Source: Octopus sinensis (Eukaryota). Taken from it: a stretch of 64,000 nt of DNA. A program made the translations under genes and the position numbers. This document shows positions 26,703-40,720 of the stretch, one piece after another. The notes beneath the pieces are model-generated. The model was not told where the DNA came from, did not search any database, and saw only the letters and a list, made by a program, of their open reading frames with translations. Each line of letters begins with the position of its first letter. Within the stretch, counting starts at the first letter, position 1. The stretch lies in contig NC_043025.1 in the NCBI RefSeq assembly GCF_006345805.1, positions 1,488,001-1,552,000 on the forward strand, in the 5' to 3' direction.

Positions 26703-28387
26703 TCTATTATATCAAAGTCAATGTCTTTATGTGCGTTCGTGTGTTACTTATACCTTTGAAAACTGCTGCACCGATCCTAATGGAATTTCGAACAAAAAAT
26801 CCAAGCCTGGGGAGAAGGGTAATGCTGTGTGTTTCATACAATTTGATGGACCAAAATTATTGAATGGATCCTTATGATATTTGAAGCTTAGATTCAATGC
26901 ATAAGGGCAGGTATAATGCAATATGTTTAGTTTGAATTTCAGATGGCTTAAAGGGGGCAGAATCCCCATGAAAATTCATAAATTATCGATGTTCATGAAA
27001 TATCAACCATGGGTAATTGACACACATCAAGAAGTATTCTCAAAGTTTCCACTTCACATGAAGATTCCTAAGACACCCTAATGGGGGCCTTAACTCCCAA
27101 ATTTTAATCATTTCTTTTAGGATCCAAAACTAGGTCAAAAGTACTGAATGAATCTTTATGAAATTTGGAAATTATATTCTATGCATAAAGGCCATAACGC
27201 CCAGGAAAATTCATATATTATTGCTGTTGATGAAATTTTAACCATAGATATTAGACACAAATGAAGTAATGTTTATATAATTTCATCTTCTTACAAGTTA
27301 GAAAGACCCCTTCATGGGGACTTAACACCCACAATTTTGTCATTTTATCCAAGGAAAGACGAATAGTTGTTCTCTTGGAATCTGTGGGGTCATCCGAGCA
27401 TAAAAGATGAGCATTATTTGTAATTCAATGGTACAACAGTGTAAGAGATTGCTTTGACATACACTTAGATTGTGATTTCTGCAATGTGCTGCATAAATTG
27501 TCAAGTAAATGAGAGGCATCTTTGACTCCACTGATTCAGTTGCAAAGTGTTGAGTAAAGTTATTTGGTTGCAGACCGCCTTTCAGTCTTTTTATTATCAC
27601 TGGGTCACACATAGTCCCTAGATGGTAACATTGATTTCAAAGGCTTCCCAGATGAGTGACTGGTTATTCAAAGACATTTATGGTTCGTAAACTTATTCTG
27701 TCCAATTATGTATCATTATAGTGGTCATTTGCAAACTCCAGAGGTGACACTTTCATTTCTCCTTAGCCCTCACACCACACAGTTGTTAATATTTATTTGA
27801 GTTGGGTCACGCCCTTCCAATTGCTATAGATCCGTAATGCATCTTACGGTTGTGCCTGTCACCTGCATGGGGAGGAATACTACATTGGGAGAGGTAACGC
27901 CTAGGGTAGGGTAGCTGACTGCTTATTGTGATCATTCATCTTTTGGTTTCCTGTAGCTTTGCTCTCTTTTTCAAACCCAGTGAACATACATACATTTCCT
28001 ATTTCAAAGGAATTCAAACAATATATATAAGACCCAAGTTAAAAAGATTCTCAACAATTCGACTTCTCTGGTTGACATTAAGATACCCACCCCCAATAGG
28101 GGCCTTAACTCTCACATTTTAGAGCTCCATGACCTACATTTTTCAGGAGCAAAATCCTTTTAACAGGTTCTATAAGACTGGAATTTTGGAATCGGCGCAT
28201 ATAAATCAGTAGTATGGGATACATGTGATTACAATTTTTTTAGGGTGCGTAAAGAGGGAAAGAACCCTCATCTGCAATTTTGATGAAATTCGAAACATAG
28301 ATATTCCAGTTCATTACAGAAAATATACCAGAAAAGTCTAATTCTTCAATTGCATGTAACACGGGCAACGCCGGGTAACTCTGCTAG
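26703..28387 (+). mobile_element. Non-autonomous Helitron-like element
   Basis: A|TC 5' end (atctattat..., followed by gcaccgatcctaatggaattt), 3' GC stem acgggcaacgccgggt then CTAG|T; internal repeated modules; no TSD. Confidence 0.75.
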
Positions 28388-29020
28388 TTAATCCTAAAAT
28401 TAAATTGTAAAATTGAAATAGTTCTTAATTGCATTTTTAGTCCCCTGAATTCTTGTGTAACCACCCCCATTTTGGAAAGCCCTGGCCTAAACCACAATAA
28501 GACAAAGTGAGATAACCCTAGATACATCATATATTATATAGAAATACTATCTCTACATGATATATGAAGAGAAAAGACATCGATATATATATATATACAC
28601 ACATTTATTTATAGCAGACGTTCTACTCTAAGCTAGAAATAAAGGGAGATAATTATGAATATACGCGAGGATATTAAAACTGTTTTTAGAACAATAGAAG
28701 TGTTTAGGGAGGTGCTTAGGCATACAACAATAGCAACAACAACAACAAATGAACAGTTGAAAGTTTATCTTTATTTCAAAAGTTAATCTCTAACAACAGG
28801 GGAGACAAACCAGCAAAGGGATTTCTTTGTGATAGATAGATCTGCTAGAAGTAGTAGCCAAATCGACCACAATTCATACTTATCCCCTTAAAGAAGAATA
28901 CGCTGGACAATGTGTGTGTGGCTCCTGTACATTAAGAATAAAGTTAGGGTGGTCATGGCCGGAATGCATTTGATCATAAATTTCTGACCTGGGACTAAGC
29001 AACAACATTTATGCAGAAAT

Positions 29021-29223
29021 TCACTCTATTTCAATTAGACACATGAGGGCTTCATAGCACTCACATCTCTCAAGTGCTTCTCTGAGTGTTTCCAATGTAC
29101 GTTTCATTGGATCACAACACCTATACCATCTGAGGAGCATCTGAAAGCTCTGTTCTTCTGTGTTGTAGGGATAGTCATACCTGATCATCTCTAGTTCAAC
29201 TTGTCTAACTCCTAATTGCCTTC
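29021..29223 (-). CDS. Terminal coding exon of a death-domain (DD) protein: GRQLGVRQVELEMIRYDYPYNTEEQSFQMLLRWYRCCDPMKRTLETLREALERCECYEALMCLIEIE*
   Basis: Polypyrimidine tract plus ttttgcag acceptor (AG at 29225-29224), phase 1, 203 nt to TGA. Residue pattern LG..LG...I.......EQ...ML..W......T...L..AL matches the death-domain fold. Confidence 0.88.
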
Positions 29224-29419
29224 CTGCAAAAGATACAAAAAGAAGAAATAATTGCAACAACATTAACAATAACACGAAAGATATGAACCGTGGGTTGTAA
29301 TAAATATAACAAAGAAACTAGTAAACAAACATGAATAAGGTAAGACAAAGTTCTCTTTTTCTAAGAATGCTGATTAAAAAATAACAAAGTTGAAATAAGG
29401 TATAAAGATACTCATCATC

Positions 29420-32140
29420 ATTTAGGGCCTACTTTTCATGCCGGCATGGGTCAGACAGTTTAATTGAAACTGGTAAGCCAGAGAGCTGCACCAAGTTCCA
29501 GTCTTATTTGGCATGGTTTTTACAGTTGGATGCCCTTCCTAATGCCAACCACTCCAAAAGTGTAATAAGTACTTTTAATGTGCCACTGGCACAGGTGCCA
29601 GTTATGTGACACAAAGATCGACCACGAATATCATATTACTTGGCTTGAGGGGTCTTCTCAAACATGGCATATCGCCAAAGGTCTCCATCACTTATTATTG
29701 CTGTGATGAGGTGCTTCACCACCTCATGCCATGTCTTCTTGGGTCAGCTCCATCCACAGGTTTCCTCCCCATTTAGAGACAGGCACTTTTTTTACATCGG
29801 CTCCCCTCATCCAAATGCAGCACATGACCATAGCAGTGCATTTGTCTCTCTTGAACACCAGATCTGATGCCTCTCACTCCCAACTTATTTGTACTTGCAT
29901 ACTGACATTGCGCATCCACCAAAACATACTAGATTCATTTCTTTCAAGCCTACACATGTCCTCAGCAGTCACAGCCCATGTTTCACTGCCGTGTAGTATG
30001 GCTGTTTGCACAGAAGCATCATACAGTCTGCTTTTAATTCGGAGGGAGGGACTCTTTGTTACCAACAGAGGTAGGAGCTCTCTGAACTCTACCCAGTCTA
30101 TTCTTATTCTAGCAGCTATATTCTCAGAGCACCCACCTCCACTGCTGACTTGGTCACCCAGATAATGGAAGGTATACACTACTTATAAGTATTTGCCCTG
30201 CCATTTCATGGAATCTATTTTCTGTACATTTCTAGAATTTATTGAATCTGTGCACATTCCACACACAAAATCTATTTTCCCTGTTAACCTTCCTCTGATA
30301 TGGCTGCACCTCTTATGTGTCCATAGCTAACATTGGGTACATCTTAAGGAGTTTATACACCTTTTCTACAGATCTTGCAGGGCCATCAACCTAAAGAGCT
30401 GCATTCCTACTTACTAAGACTTTCATTTTTGCTAGATTAACTCTAAGGCTCCTTGATTCTATACCTTTTTTCCACAACTGAAATTTCTTTAGTTATGGAA
30501 ATGATTTGACTATAAGAAAAAGGTCATCAACATAGAGGAGCTCCTAGGGGAAGCCTTAAATTCCTCTGATATTATCTGGAGGACTATCATGAACAAGTGG
30601 CGGCTGAGGACCAATCCTTGGTGAACCTCTACTTGTTCCCTGAATTCATCACTATACTCGTTTCCAACCCTCACCTTACTGACAGCATCCGTGTACATGG
30701 CTCTCACCAACCACTCCTCTATCCCTGCTTTCCACATTGATCACCAGATAAGGGAGAGGGGAACCCTTTGAAGGTTTTCTCCATCTCAGCAAAAGACAAG
30801 TATAGAGGTTTCTCTTTGGCTATGTATTTCTCTTGCAGTTGCCCTGCCAGAAATATAGTATCAGTGGTGCTTCTCCCTGGCACAAAACCAAACTGCATCT
30901 CATCTAGACTAGCTCTCCTCCTAATTAGTTGAGCTCTGATCCTCTCCATAACTTTCATCACCTGATCCAGCAACTTGATACCTCTGTAATTATTTCTATC
31001 TAAGGCATCACTTTTACCTTTGTAGCAGTTGACTATGGTGCTGCTACACCAGTCATTGGGTATGGCTCCTTCGTGAAGCACCTGATTTACCTATGGGTGA
31101 CTAGATCATAACCCACACCACCAGATATTTTAAGCATCTCAGTGGGGATTCCTGATGAGCCAAGGGCTGTGCTGATCTTCATATCCTCCATGGCTTTAAC
31201 TACCATGTTACTGTCTAATCAAATTGCTGGTTCTCCTGTTGGATCCACATTAAGCAGACACTCCTTCTCCCATTAATTCTCTACATTAAGAAGCCTTTCG
31301 TGGTGGCACTTCCAAGCCTCTTTCTTTGCAGAGTCACTAACTGCAAGAGAATCATCGTCAATGCAAACACACTTCTCTCCAACAACACCACATTTTCCCC
31401 TGGCATACTGTTTTGTAAGACATTGGCAAATGTCTTCCTTTCTACTTCCCTTCTGGCTAAGTATACCTGCTTCTTAGCTTCCCTTCTTGCTGCCTGATAA
31501 AACTCTTTGTTACCACCATCCTTCCAGTACTTCCAAGCCTGTTTCTTTGTTCTAATAACCCTGTCAACTAACTGTACCACCACCATGTCACCCTAGACCT
31601 GGTTTGGACTTTGCATAAACCACTAATTGGTCTGTGACTCGCAGCAAATTGTTTCATAGAAACCTCCAGTTATCCTCTATTTTGCAAGGCTGTAGCCCCT
31701 CCTCCTTCTCATCAAATGCTTTAATTAGAACATCTCTAAATCTCTGGCTATTCAAAGAATCCTTAAGCTTCCATATCCTTCTCTTCCAAACTAGCTTGCT
31801 TCTTGGAATCCTTTGTGCCACTAACTTGAAGTCACTAATGAGTAACCCATGCTGAGGGGTATATTCTCCTCCAGGGAAGGACTTTGCATCTATGAGCAAC
31901 CATGATTACACCTTTCTGTAGTCAATCTTGCTAGCATGGTCACCAGATTTATAGGTTTTCGGGTGACTAGCTGGTTTTCTGAAGTTGGTGTTTCAAATCA
32001 GTAGCTCATCTGTATCACCGAACTCCAACGGCCTTGTTCCCTTCTCATTTTGGGAACCAATCCCATGGCTCCCATGCACCCTGAGGAAGACACCTGCTTG
32101 CTACCCGACAGGTTCATTGAAATCACCAGTTACAAAGGAA
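29420..32140 (-). mobile_element. RTE-clade LINE, decayed, in the last intron of the DD gene (partial mirror 41640-42600, +)
   Basis: QHGLLISDF (endonuclease), NYRGIKLLD, QFGFVPGRSTTDTIF, FHYLGD, ILHGSETWAVT. Confidence 0.88.
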
Positions 32141-33609
32141 AGTAACTGAAAATTATCGAGAAAATTAATGGTAAATAGATAGCAGGAAAAGTGTGTGTGT
32201 GTGTGTGTAGACAAAAGTGTTACTATTTGAGCCACTGTTCTGTTTTCTCTGCTTTCTATTCCTTGGTGGGTACTCAGGTACCTTCAACATGAAGCCCTAT
32301 CTAAAGCAATTATCATTAGACTTGGTGGCTTGATTCTCAACCATGACCAATTAAGGCGCTGTAGATATTATCCAACCACCTAGTTCTCAGTCTAACCCTA
32401 CGTCTCCTGCCACTTGGCTCAACTTGATGAATCTATTTTGCAGTTCTTTCCTGCAACATTCTAATCTGATATCTGTAGAAGCAGAGCTGTGGAGATTTAG
32501 TGGCCCAGCCTGGAGAAACTCCCAGATCTCTGAGCTGTGTGCATCCTTCTGAGTAACATTACTTCAGGGACCCTTTAGAGGATTTCCATTTCAGTTGCTT
32601 GGTATCATCACATGACAATGCCTGAAATAGTGTGATGCCTCTCCTCCTCTAATTAATACTTATAAAATATCAACTTCTAGAAACAGCTACAAAGTGGAGA
32701 TTGAAGTATGAAAGAATACCAGTAATATTAGGTACACCTGGACTAATTAAAATGGAAATGGACAGGACACAAAGTACAAAATATAATACTGTCAGGTACA
32801 CGTAACATACTTCTAGACTCGTAATAAGGATTTCTTTTACTGGACCAATGCCACAATTTAGAGAGAAGTCCGAGGTTTTAGAGTAAAGCTAACAATGAGA
32901 AGAGTTTTAGTTTTGTAGGAAAGAAGACGGGAGTCACCACCATCTACACCAAACACATGCAGACGCTTAGGGCCTGAAGGAATCACTGCATCTACCAACA
33001 TCTCCATCATCTGGGAAGTTACCATATTTGATAAGCAGGAAGGTAGAAGGGGTTAATAGGGATTCTATATGGTGTACTCAATGCACACAATAGGTGATGT
33101 GGGGTCAGAGCTGTAATCCCTACTGACAGATAAAGAATTCTCTTTCTGAATGAAGGGTAGATTGTATGAGGTATATTTCTAAAGTGCAGTGATGCATTGA
33201 ATGTGGAGGATGTATGAAAACTGGCAAGAAATGAGGTGAGAATACTTCACGAGAAGTGTAATGTTAGTATATAGGAATGCTGGAGAAAAGATGAGCTGGA
33301 AGAAAAACTGAGTTTCAGAAGAATCAGAGATTTTGCACAGGAGAGGAAATGATAAAAATATGGGAAGGATGTGGAAAAGGAAGTTTGGACCAAAAATTGA
33401 CAGAAAATGCAAGAGGAAGGACATTAGAGGTTAAACATGAACCAAACCAGGTTTTGGAGGAGGAGTTCACTAACACATTCAAACATAGAAAAATGGGCAT
33501 AAGATGAGGATGATGATAATGGACTATTTTCAAAGAATCGATTTTACCCCAGTATATGACTGGTACATTCTGTGTGATTCTCAAAGGTATAACACGTTGA
33601 CCATGTTAT

Positions 33610-35660
33610 AGATGATGTCTTCTCTCAATTTAGATAAAACATTTCTATCAGCTGACTGAGAGGATATTATGTTGACCCCCTGTGTCAGAGGCCAACAGTT
33701 CAAATCTAGTCCCTAGCAATGCTCTAGGTTCCTGGTAGAAACACCTCACTTTAGTACAGTTTACTTGGATGTAAATAGGTACAGTGGAGAGGTACAAACC
33801 ATTGCTGTAAATAACGGGAACTTTGTATAAGCGATATCTGATGTTGTTACACATTCAGACAAGGTGAAATGGAATGTTGTGATTTTCATGCCTTTCCAAA
33901 TGATATTTCTAATGTAAAGGGGAATGAAAGGAGTTCAAAGGAGAAATGGAATAGCAGTAGACTTAGTGACAATATAAAACAAACCAAAACTTTGTCATTA
34001 ACTCACCTGTCTACCCTTAAACAACATATTTTACTTTTCTCTTCCAAAAGATAATATTAACATTATTTGTGTTTTTTTTGTTTATCCATTATTACCAGCT
34101 CTTTGGATATTTTCTGGAATTTCAGTGATATCGATATGTTTAACTTTTGTTATTATACAGCTAACCTATCAATTAGACATTAGGAATGGAACCTGTTCTC
34201 AGTCATTTTAACAGACAGGTGAAAGTAATATTTATAGAAATCTTTTAGGTATTGTTATTCTATACTCACCCAGTTCCATCCATTTACCTCCTAATTTCTT
34301 AGCCACTCTGTGAAGATGCATCTCCGTCAGCATTACCCTCTCTGAAATAAATATTTCCAAAGTTTATAATTTATAGTAAAATTTCTTTATTTCTATAAAT
34401 AATCTAGGGTTTAACAGGCATTTCTATCAACAATGGTCAACTGGTGACCATTATGGCTTGGTCAATATTTTTATACTTTCTAATATACTAATATTAACTC
34501 TATTGTCTTCTGAATTGTCCATTTTATAAGCCATGCTAACCACGCTGGATATTTTCTGGAATTTCAGGAATATCAATATGTTTAATAGAATTATTATACA
34601 GCTAATCTTTCAATTGGGAATTAGGATGATGTCTTCTCTCAATTTAGATACATCATTTCTAACGACTGACCGAGAGGATATTATGTAGACCCCTGTGTCA
34701 CAGGTCAACAGTTCAAATCTAGCCCCAAGCACTGCTCTACGTTCCTGGTAGAAACATCTCACCTTAGTAAATGTTTAACTAGAGGGTAATCTTGAATTTT
34801 AACTGTCCCAATTCACAGGCCACCACTATGTCCTCTGAATCAGTTGATATTTGTTATGTAGAGAGGAATGAAAGGATTTCAAATGAGAAATGCAATATTG
34901 TGATGTTCATGCCTTTCCAAATGATATTTGCAATGCAAAGGGAAATGAAAGGGTTGTCTGAGGGGGTTTTGTCCTAGGGAGGTTTTGTCTGGGTCCCATA
35001 AATGGTGACTCTTTTACCTAGCCAAGATTTTGACTTTATTACTGTGACTTTTTTCTTGTGATTTCATTACTGGTCACCAGTTTTACAATTCTTTCTGTAT
35101 TCTATAACTGTCACATTTTAGAAACATTTCTCACGGCACCAGCACACTTTCCGTGAGTTTTTTACAAGTCCAGCTAGTATTTTATTATTGTGAGATATTC
35201 CTGTGATCAATGGTCAACTGGTGACCAATGTGTTTTTTGACACTATTTTTATATTTTCTACAGTAGAACCACCACAGAATAGACTAACCTTCCTAAACCT
35301 CTTCTCTCAAGTAAGATATTCTACATAATCCTAACAATATAGCAATTATCTTCTTTATCACTACCAGATGAAAATACTATTCTAGTTTTCTTTTTCTAGT
35401 CTTGTACCTGTACAAAATCAATGACAAGTATTTCTACTCTAACTTCTAGAATTCCGTAACCGACATTCTTCTAATTTGCAGCTTAATTCGAATGTCAATC
35501 AAGTCGGTCCTCCAAAGATCTAGCCACAATATCATGACACACCTCTTGAAATAAGACAAAACATACACCTGATCTCTTTGTTGAAGGTTGCTGCCTGCAA
35601 TCTTTTATTTTAACTGTCCCACATCACAGGTCAAGACTATGTCCTCTGAAGCAAGAAATA
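33610..35660. repeat. Older, diverged relics of the same duplicated intron unit (33611~34625; 34430~35208~38020; 35300-35660~38130-38480)
   Basis: Shared diverged blocks, e.g. gatgatgtcttctctcaatttagata and caatggtcaactggtgacc. Confidence 0.7.
34270..34341 (-). CDS. 72-nt internal exon encoding the DD N-terminal helices: (K)RVMLTEMHLHRVAKKLGGKWMEL(G)
   Basis: Acceptor aaatatttatttcag and donor GTGAGT, phase 1-1. Splices in frame to 29223, giving ...KLGGKWMELG|RQLG..., the canonical DD W..LG..LG motif. Confidence 0.88.
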
Positions 35661-35829
35661 TTTGGATGTCTTTCATCTTCCTTAATGACTCTACCCAGGT
35701 GGAGCAGGGGATGATGACAGGTATCCCAAAAATGCTTCAGTATAATTGCACAAAACTTCATCAACTACACATCCCTCTCCCTACCCGCATTATTGCACTG
35801 AAAATACTTTAAATGCTACACAGGAAGCG

Positions 35830-37130
35830 AGACTCAAACAAACATAAAGACGATCGGGATAGACACCAAGCAGCAATCCCCAGATCTTGTATTTGCCCAC
35901 AAGCTTTGTCTTATCTATTGCTTGTAACCAATCCTCAGTTTGTGCCATCATCTGAATGCCTCTACTCTCACTCAACAACATAGCTTAACATCGTCCTAAA
36001 CATTTTACAGGACAGTCTTTAACATTTGGCATGGATTCTTCTGCAAATTGGAACTTCACTTGCTTCAGGGGATCTTTCATAAATGGCAGACTGAATTATT
36101 TATTTGCTTGAAACCCCTTTACTCACCAAGTACCTAGCCAGTCCACAAGTAATTGCATATCCTTTTCGTCTGTTTTTAGCTTGGTTATGTCATTCGTTAA
36201 GGCCTTCTTATGCGATTGCCATTCGGATCAATCTACTGATCAATGTAACTTATCCATAAAAAGCACAAACTAAATGACGGACATTGTACAACCTACAGTA
36301 ATTCCATTTCCAAGAAAATGCCAGTCTGTTGTGAAGTCTGCTGTTATTAGCCGTGTTATGAAACTGTTGCATTTGACTCCTAATTAGATCTGTCATCTTC
36401 TCCAGTTTATAAAATCGATTACTGCCATCAGCAATTTCTGTTGTAGAGAAACATAAGCAGGAACTGGATAGAGCCATACAACATTCAAATCTCTTTTATT
36501 CTCCATTTTCTCTCCTATGGCATTCCATGTGGAAAATGGATGTTCCATATGCCCAGGAATTTAGAAGATTCTAGTCTTATGCACACTCTCAGTCCCATAG
36601 CAAAATTATTTTATAGGTTTGTAGCTGATCTGATAACAAGTACATCTATGTAAATGTTGCCGTCTACTTTTACAATTGAAATGGGTCTCAACTGGTCGCT
36701 TAGTTCTGCTTTAGCATCCTCTGGTAAGTAAACTCTGCCTGCCTTGCACCAATCATCAACCAGTTCGCCAATAAGCCACAGCTCTCTCACTCTTGGTACA
36801 GCTTATAATTCAATTGAGTACAGTACTTGTACTTGCACTCTAAACTTTTGTCTTCTTCATTAAAATTATACACTTCTGTCTTGCTGAAACCACCAAGCTG
36901 AAATTTCATTGCTGCTCACATTGGCTGCTTCAAACTAGCCATGAGTGGAAACTGTTGACGTCGCTTTCGCTCACTCAAGGTTTCCTGTATATTCCTAGCT
37001 TTGCTGCACTTTAGCTGGCTGATTTTAACATCTGCAAACTGCTTTCAAGATAAGGGCCCTTAATGAGAAACTCTCTAATTTGTTTAACCTCTGAGATCTC
37101 TTTGCATAGGTTAGAGAGGAACAGTTATTC
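35830..37130 (-). mobile_element. Degenerate Hero/NeSL-like RLE non-LTR retrotransposon RT fragment (unit 1)
   Basis: Frameshifted motifs GRVYLPEDAK..DQLRPISIVKVDGNI, DLNVVWL, GITVGCTMSVI, VKCLGR, AIDKTKLVGKYKIW. Confidence 0.75.
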
Positions 37131-37881
37131 TTCTTGAGGACATAACAATGTTTCTAGTGCTTGTAGCAGAATAAAATGTATCAAGAACCCTTTAGAATAT
37201 GGTAGAAATTAGGAATAGCAAAACAGCACGAGTAAGTTAGAACGTTTAAATGAAATGTATTCTCCAAGGAAGGAAGTTGGGCAGTACCTCTGAATAAAAT
37301 CTCACTTGGACATTGACCACCCATCAAAAACATGGCAACATGGAAAGCAGATGATAAATAATGAGCACAATATCAGAGATTGTATTGTGTCTTATACTTG
37401 AACAGAGACAGAGAGTAAGAGACTGCGCTTATCTCAGAAGCAAACCAAACTCTTGCACTTGCATATGAACAATGAATTTAATAATAGATTTACTATCAGT
37501 GCAAAATGATATGGAATTTTATATGGGAACACTTTCAATCTTAAGTCTGCCAGAATATGGCATGAGGCTGAACAACAACAATAAACTATCATAAAAATAT
37601 AAAACAAACAAAAACAATATGCTTAGCTCATTTGTTTACCCCTAAACAACAACATAATTTATTCTCCTATTCCAAAAGGCATTATTAACCATATTGTCTC
37701 TGCTAATCTCAGCGGTTATCCCTGAAAGTTCAGTAACTCTCTTTAATATTATTAATTTAAGGTTAACCTTTCAAGTGGAAATTACAAATGGAACCTGACC
37801 TTACTCAATCTGACAAACCAAGAAACTCAGGTGAAGGCAACATTTACAGAAATCAATAAATTCTTGTTATTTAATACTCAC

Positions 37882-37935
37882 TTCTTGCGCTATGTGCCAC
37901 TTGCTGGTCTTCCTTGTCTTCTACTTTTGGAGTTG
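37882..37935 (-). CDS. 54-nt micro-exon, repeat unit B: (A)TPKVEDKEDQQVAHSAR(K)
   Basis: Acceptor aaatatttatttcag, donor GTGAGT, length divisible by 3, phase 1-1, no stop, in frame with the 72-nt exon. Confidence 0.75.
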
Positions 37936-38659
37936 CTGAAATAAATATTTCTCATTATAGTATAATTTGGTTAATTATCCTAATAATCTATATTCTATTA
38001 TTGTGAAACTTTTCTATCATCAATGTTCCACAAATGACCGCTATGGGTTTGGTCAACATTTTCATACTTGCTACAGTGGTACCAAAACAAACGAAAGTAA
38101 CCTTCCTGAACCTCTTTCTTCTACTAAGACATTCTGCATAATCCTATCTTTGTAGCCATTATCTTATTTAATTATTACCACTTGACAATAATTCTTTTCT
38201 ACTTTTGTCTTTCCTGTCTTATATCTCTGCCAAATCAATGGCATGGCATTCTTCACTCACCTCTCGACTTCACTAACAAGCATCCTTCGTACTTCCTGCT
38301 TTACTGCAATATCAATCAAAATGGTCCTCCAAAGATCTACATACAAAATCACGACACACCCCATCAAGCAGGATGAACATACACCTGCTCTCTTTAATGA
38401 ACTTTGCTAACGGTTATCTTTAATGTCAACTGTTCCACAGAGCAAATCACCGGGATATTCCCTGGATGGAAAAACAGTTGAAGACATTTGGATGTCATTC
38501 ATCTTCCTTAATGACTCTACCCAGGTGGAGCAGGGGATGATGACAGGTATCCCAAAAATGCTTCAGTATAATTGCACAAAACTTCATCAACTACACATCC
38601 CTCTCCCTACCCGCATTATTGCACTGAAAATACTTTAAATGCTACACAGGAAGCGAGAC

Positions 38660-39960
38660 TCAAACAAACATAAAGAAGATCGGGATAGACACCCAGCAGC
38701 AATCCCCAGATCTTGTATTTGCCCACACGCTTTGTCTTATCTATTGCTTGTAACCAATCCTCAGTTTGTGCCATCATCTGAATGCCTCTACTCTCACTCA
38801 ACAACATAGCTTAACATCGTCCGAAACATTTTACAGGACAGTCTTCAACATTTGGCATGGATTCTTCTGCAAATTGGAGCTTCACTTGCTTCAGGGGATC
38901 TTTCATAAATGGTAGACTGAATTATTCATTTGCTTGAAACCCCTTTACTCACCAAGTACCTGGCCAGTCCAGAAGTAATTGCATATCCTTATCGTCTGTT
39001 TTTAGCTTGGTTATGTCATTCGTTAAGGCCTTCTTATGCGATTGCCATTCGGATCAATCTACTGATCAATGAAACTTATCCATAAAAGGCACAAACTAAA
39101 TGACGGACATTGTACAACCTACAGTAATTCCATTTCCAAGAAAATGCCAGTCTGTTGTGAAGTCTGCTGTTATTAGCCGTGTTATGAAACTGTTGCAGTG
39201 ACTCCTAATTAGATCTGTCATCTTCTCCAGTTTATAAAATCGATTACTGCCATCAGCAATTTCTGTTGTAGAGAAACATAAGCAGGAACTGGATAGAGCC
39301 ATACAACATTCAAATCTCTTTTATTCTCCATTTTCCCTCCTATGGCATTCCATATGGAAAAGGGATGTTCCATATGCCCAGGAATTTAGAAGATTCTAGT
39401 CTTATGCACACTTTCAGTCCCATAGCAAAATTATTTTATAGGTTTGTAGCTGATCTGATAACAAGTACATCTATGTAAATGTTGCCGTCTACTTTTACAA
39501 TTGAAATGGGTCTCAACTGGTCGCTTAGTTCTGCTTTAGCATCCTCTGGTAAGTAAACTCTGTCTGCCTTGCACCAGTCATCAACCAGTTCGCCAATAAG
39601 CCACAGCTCTCTCACTCTTGGTACAGCTTATAATTTAATTGAGTACAGTACTTGTACTTGCACTCTAAACTTTTGTCTTCTTCATTAAAATTATACACTT
39701 CTTTCCAGCTGAAACCACCAATTTGAAATTTCATTGCTGCTCAATTGGCTGCTCCAAACTAGCCATGAGTGGAAACGGTTGACGTCGCTTTGGCTCACTC
39801 AAGGTTTCCTGTATATTCCTAGCTTTGCTGCATTTTAGCTGGCTGATTTTAACATCTGCAAACCGCTTTCAAGATAAGGGCCCTTAATGAGAAACTCTCT
39901 AATTTGTTTAACCTCTGAGATCTCTTTGCATAGGTTAGAGAGGAACAGTTATTCTTCTTG
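38660..39960 (-). mobile_element. Degenerate Hero/NeSL-like RT fragment (unit 2, duplicated passively with the array)
   Basis: Paralogue of 35830-37130. Confidence 0.75.
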
Positions 39961-40720
39961 AGGACATAACAATGTTTCTAGTGCTTGTGTCAGAATATAA
40001 TGTATCAAAAACCCTTTAGAATATGGTAGGAATCAGGAATAGAAAACAGCACGAGTAAGTTAGAACGTTTAAATGAAATATAATCTCCAAGGAAGGAAGT
40101 TGGGCAGTACCTCTGAATAAAAACTCACTTGGACAGTGACCACCCATCCAAAACATGGCAACATGGAAAGCAGATGATAAATAATGAGCACAATATCGGA
40201 GATTGTATTGTTTCTTATAGCCAGTATCCACCTTGAACAGAGAGAGAGAGAGAGAAAGAGACTGCGCTTATCTCAGAAGCAAACCAAACTCTTGCACTTG
40301 CATATGAACAATGAATTTAATAATAGATTTACTATCAGTGCAAAATGATATGGAATTTGATATGGGAACACTTTCCATCTTAAGTCTGCCAGAATATGGC
40401 ATGAGGCTGAACAACAACAATAAACTATCAGAAAAATATAAAACAAACAAAACCACTGTGCTTAGCTCATTTGTTTACCCCTAAACAACAACATAATTTA
40501 TTCCCCTATTCCAAAAGACATTATTAACCATATTACCTCTGCTAAACTCAGCGATTATCCCTGAAAGTTCAGTAACTCTCTTTAATATTATTAATTTAAG
40601 GTTAACCATTCAAGTGGAAATTACAAATGGAACCTGACCTTACTCAATCTGACAAACCAAGAAACTCCGGTGAAGGCAACATTTACAGAAAACAATAAAA
40701 TCTTGTTATTTAATACTCAC

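Larger units (their letters stand above)
10141..30376. repeat. Left arm of ~20 kb inverted duplication
   Basis: Colinear reverse-complement match to 41640-62046 at all anchors checked (e.g. ORF pairs 29021/42999, 24413/47823, 13764/59013). Confidence 0.95.

Noticed and set aside
28960-29275. ORF-track N-terminus MLLLMLLQLFLLFVSFA as a signal peptide
   Set aside because: It is the translated polypyrimidine tract and acceptor of the intron. The true exon starts at 29223 (42797 in the mirror).
35018-35107. Possible extra exon at the homologous position of the older repeat unit
   Set aside because: The ancestral acceptor is lost, and all candidate AG...GT exons tested contain stops in the required phase.
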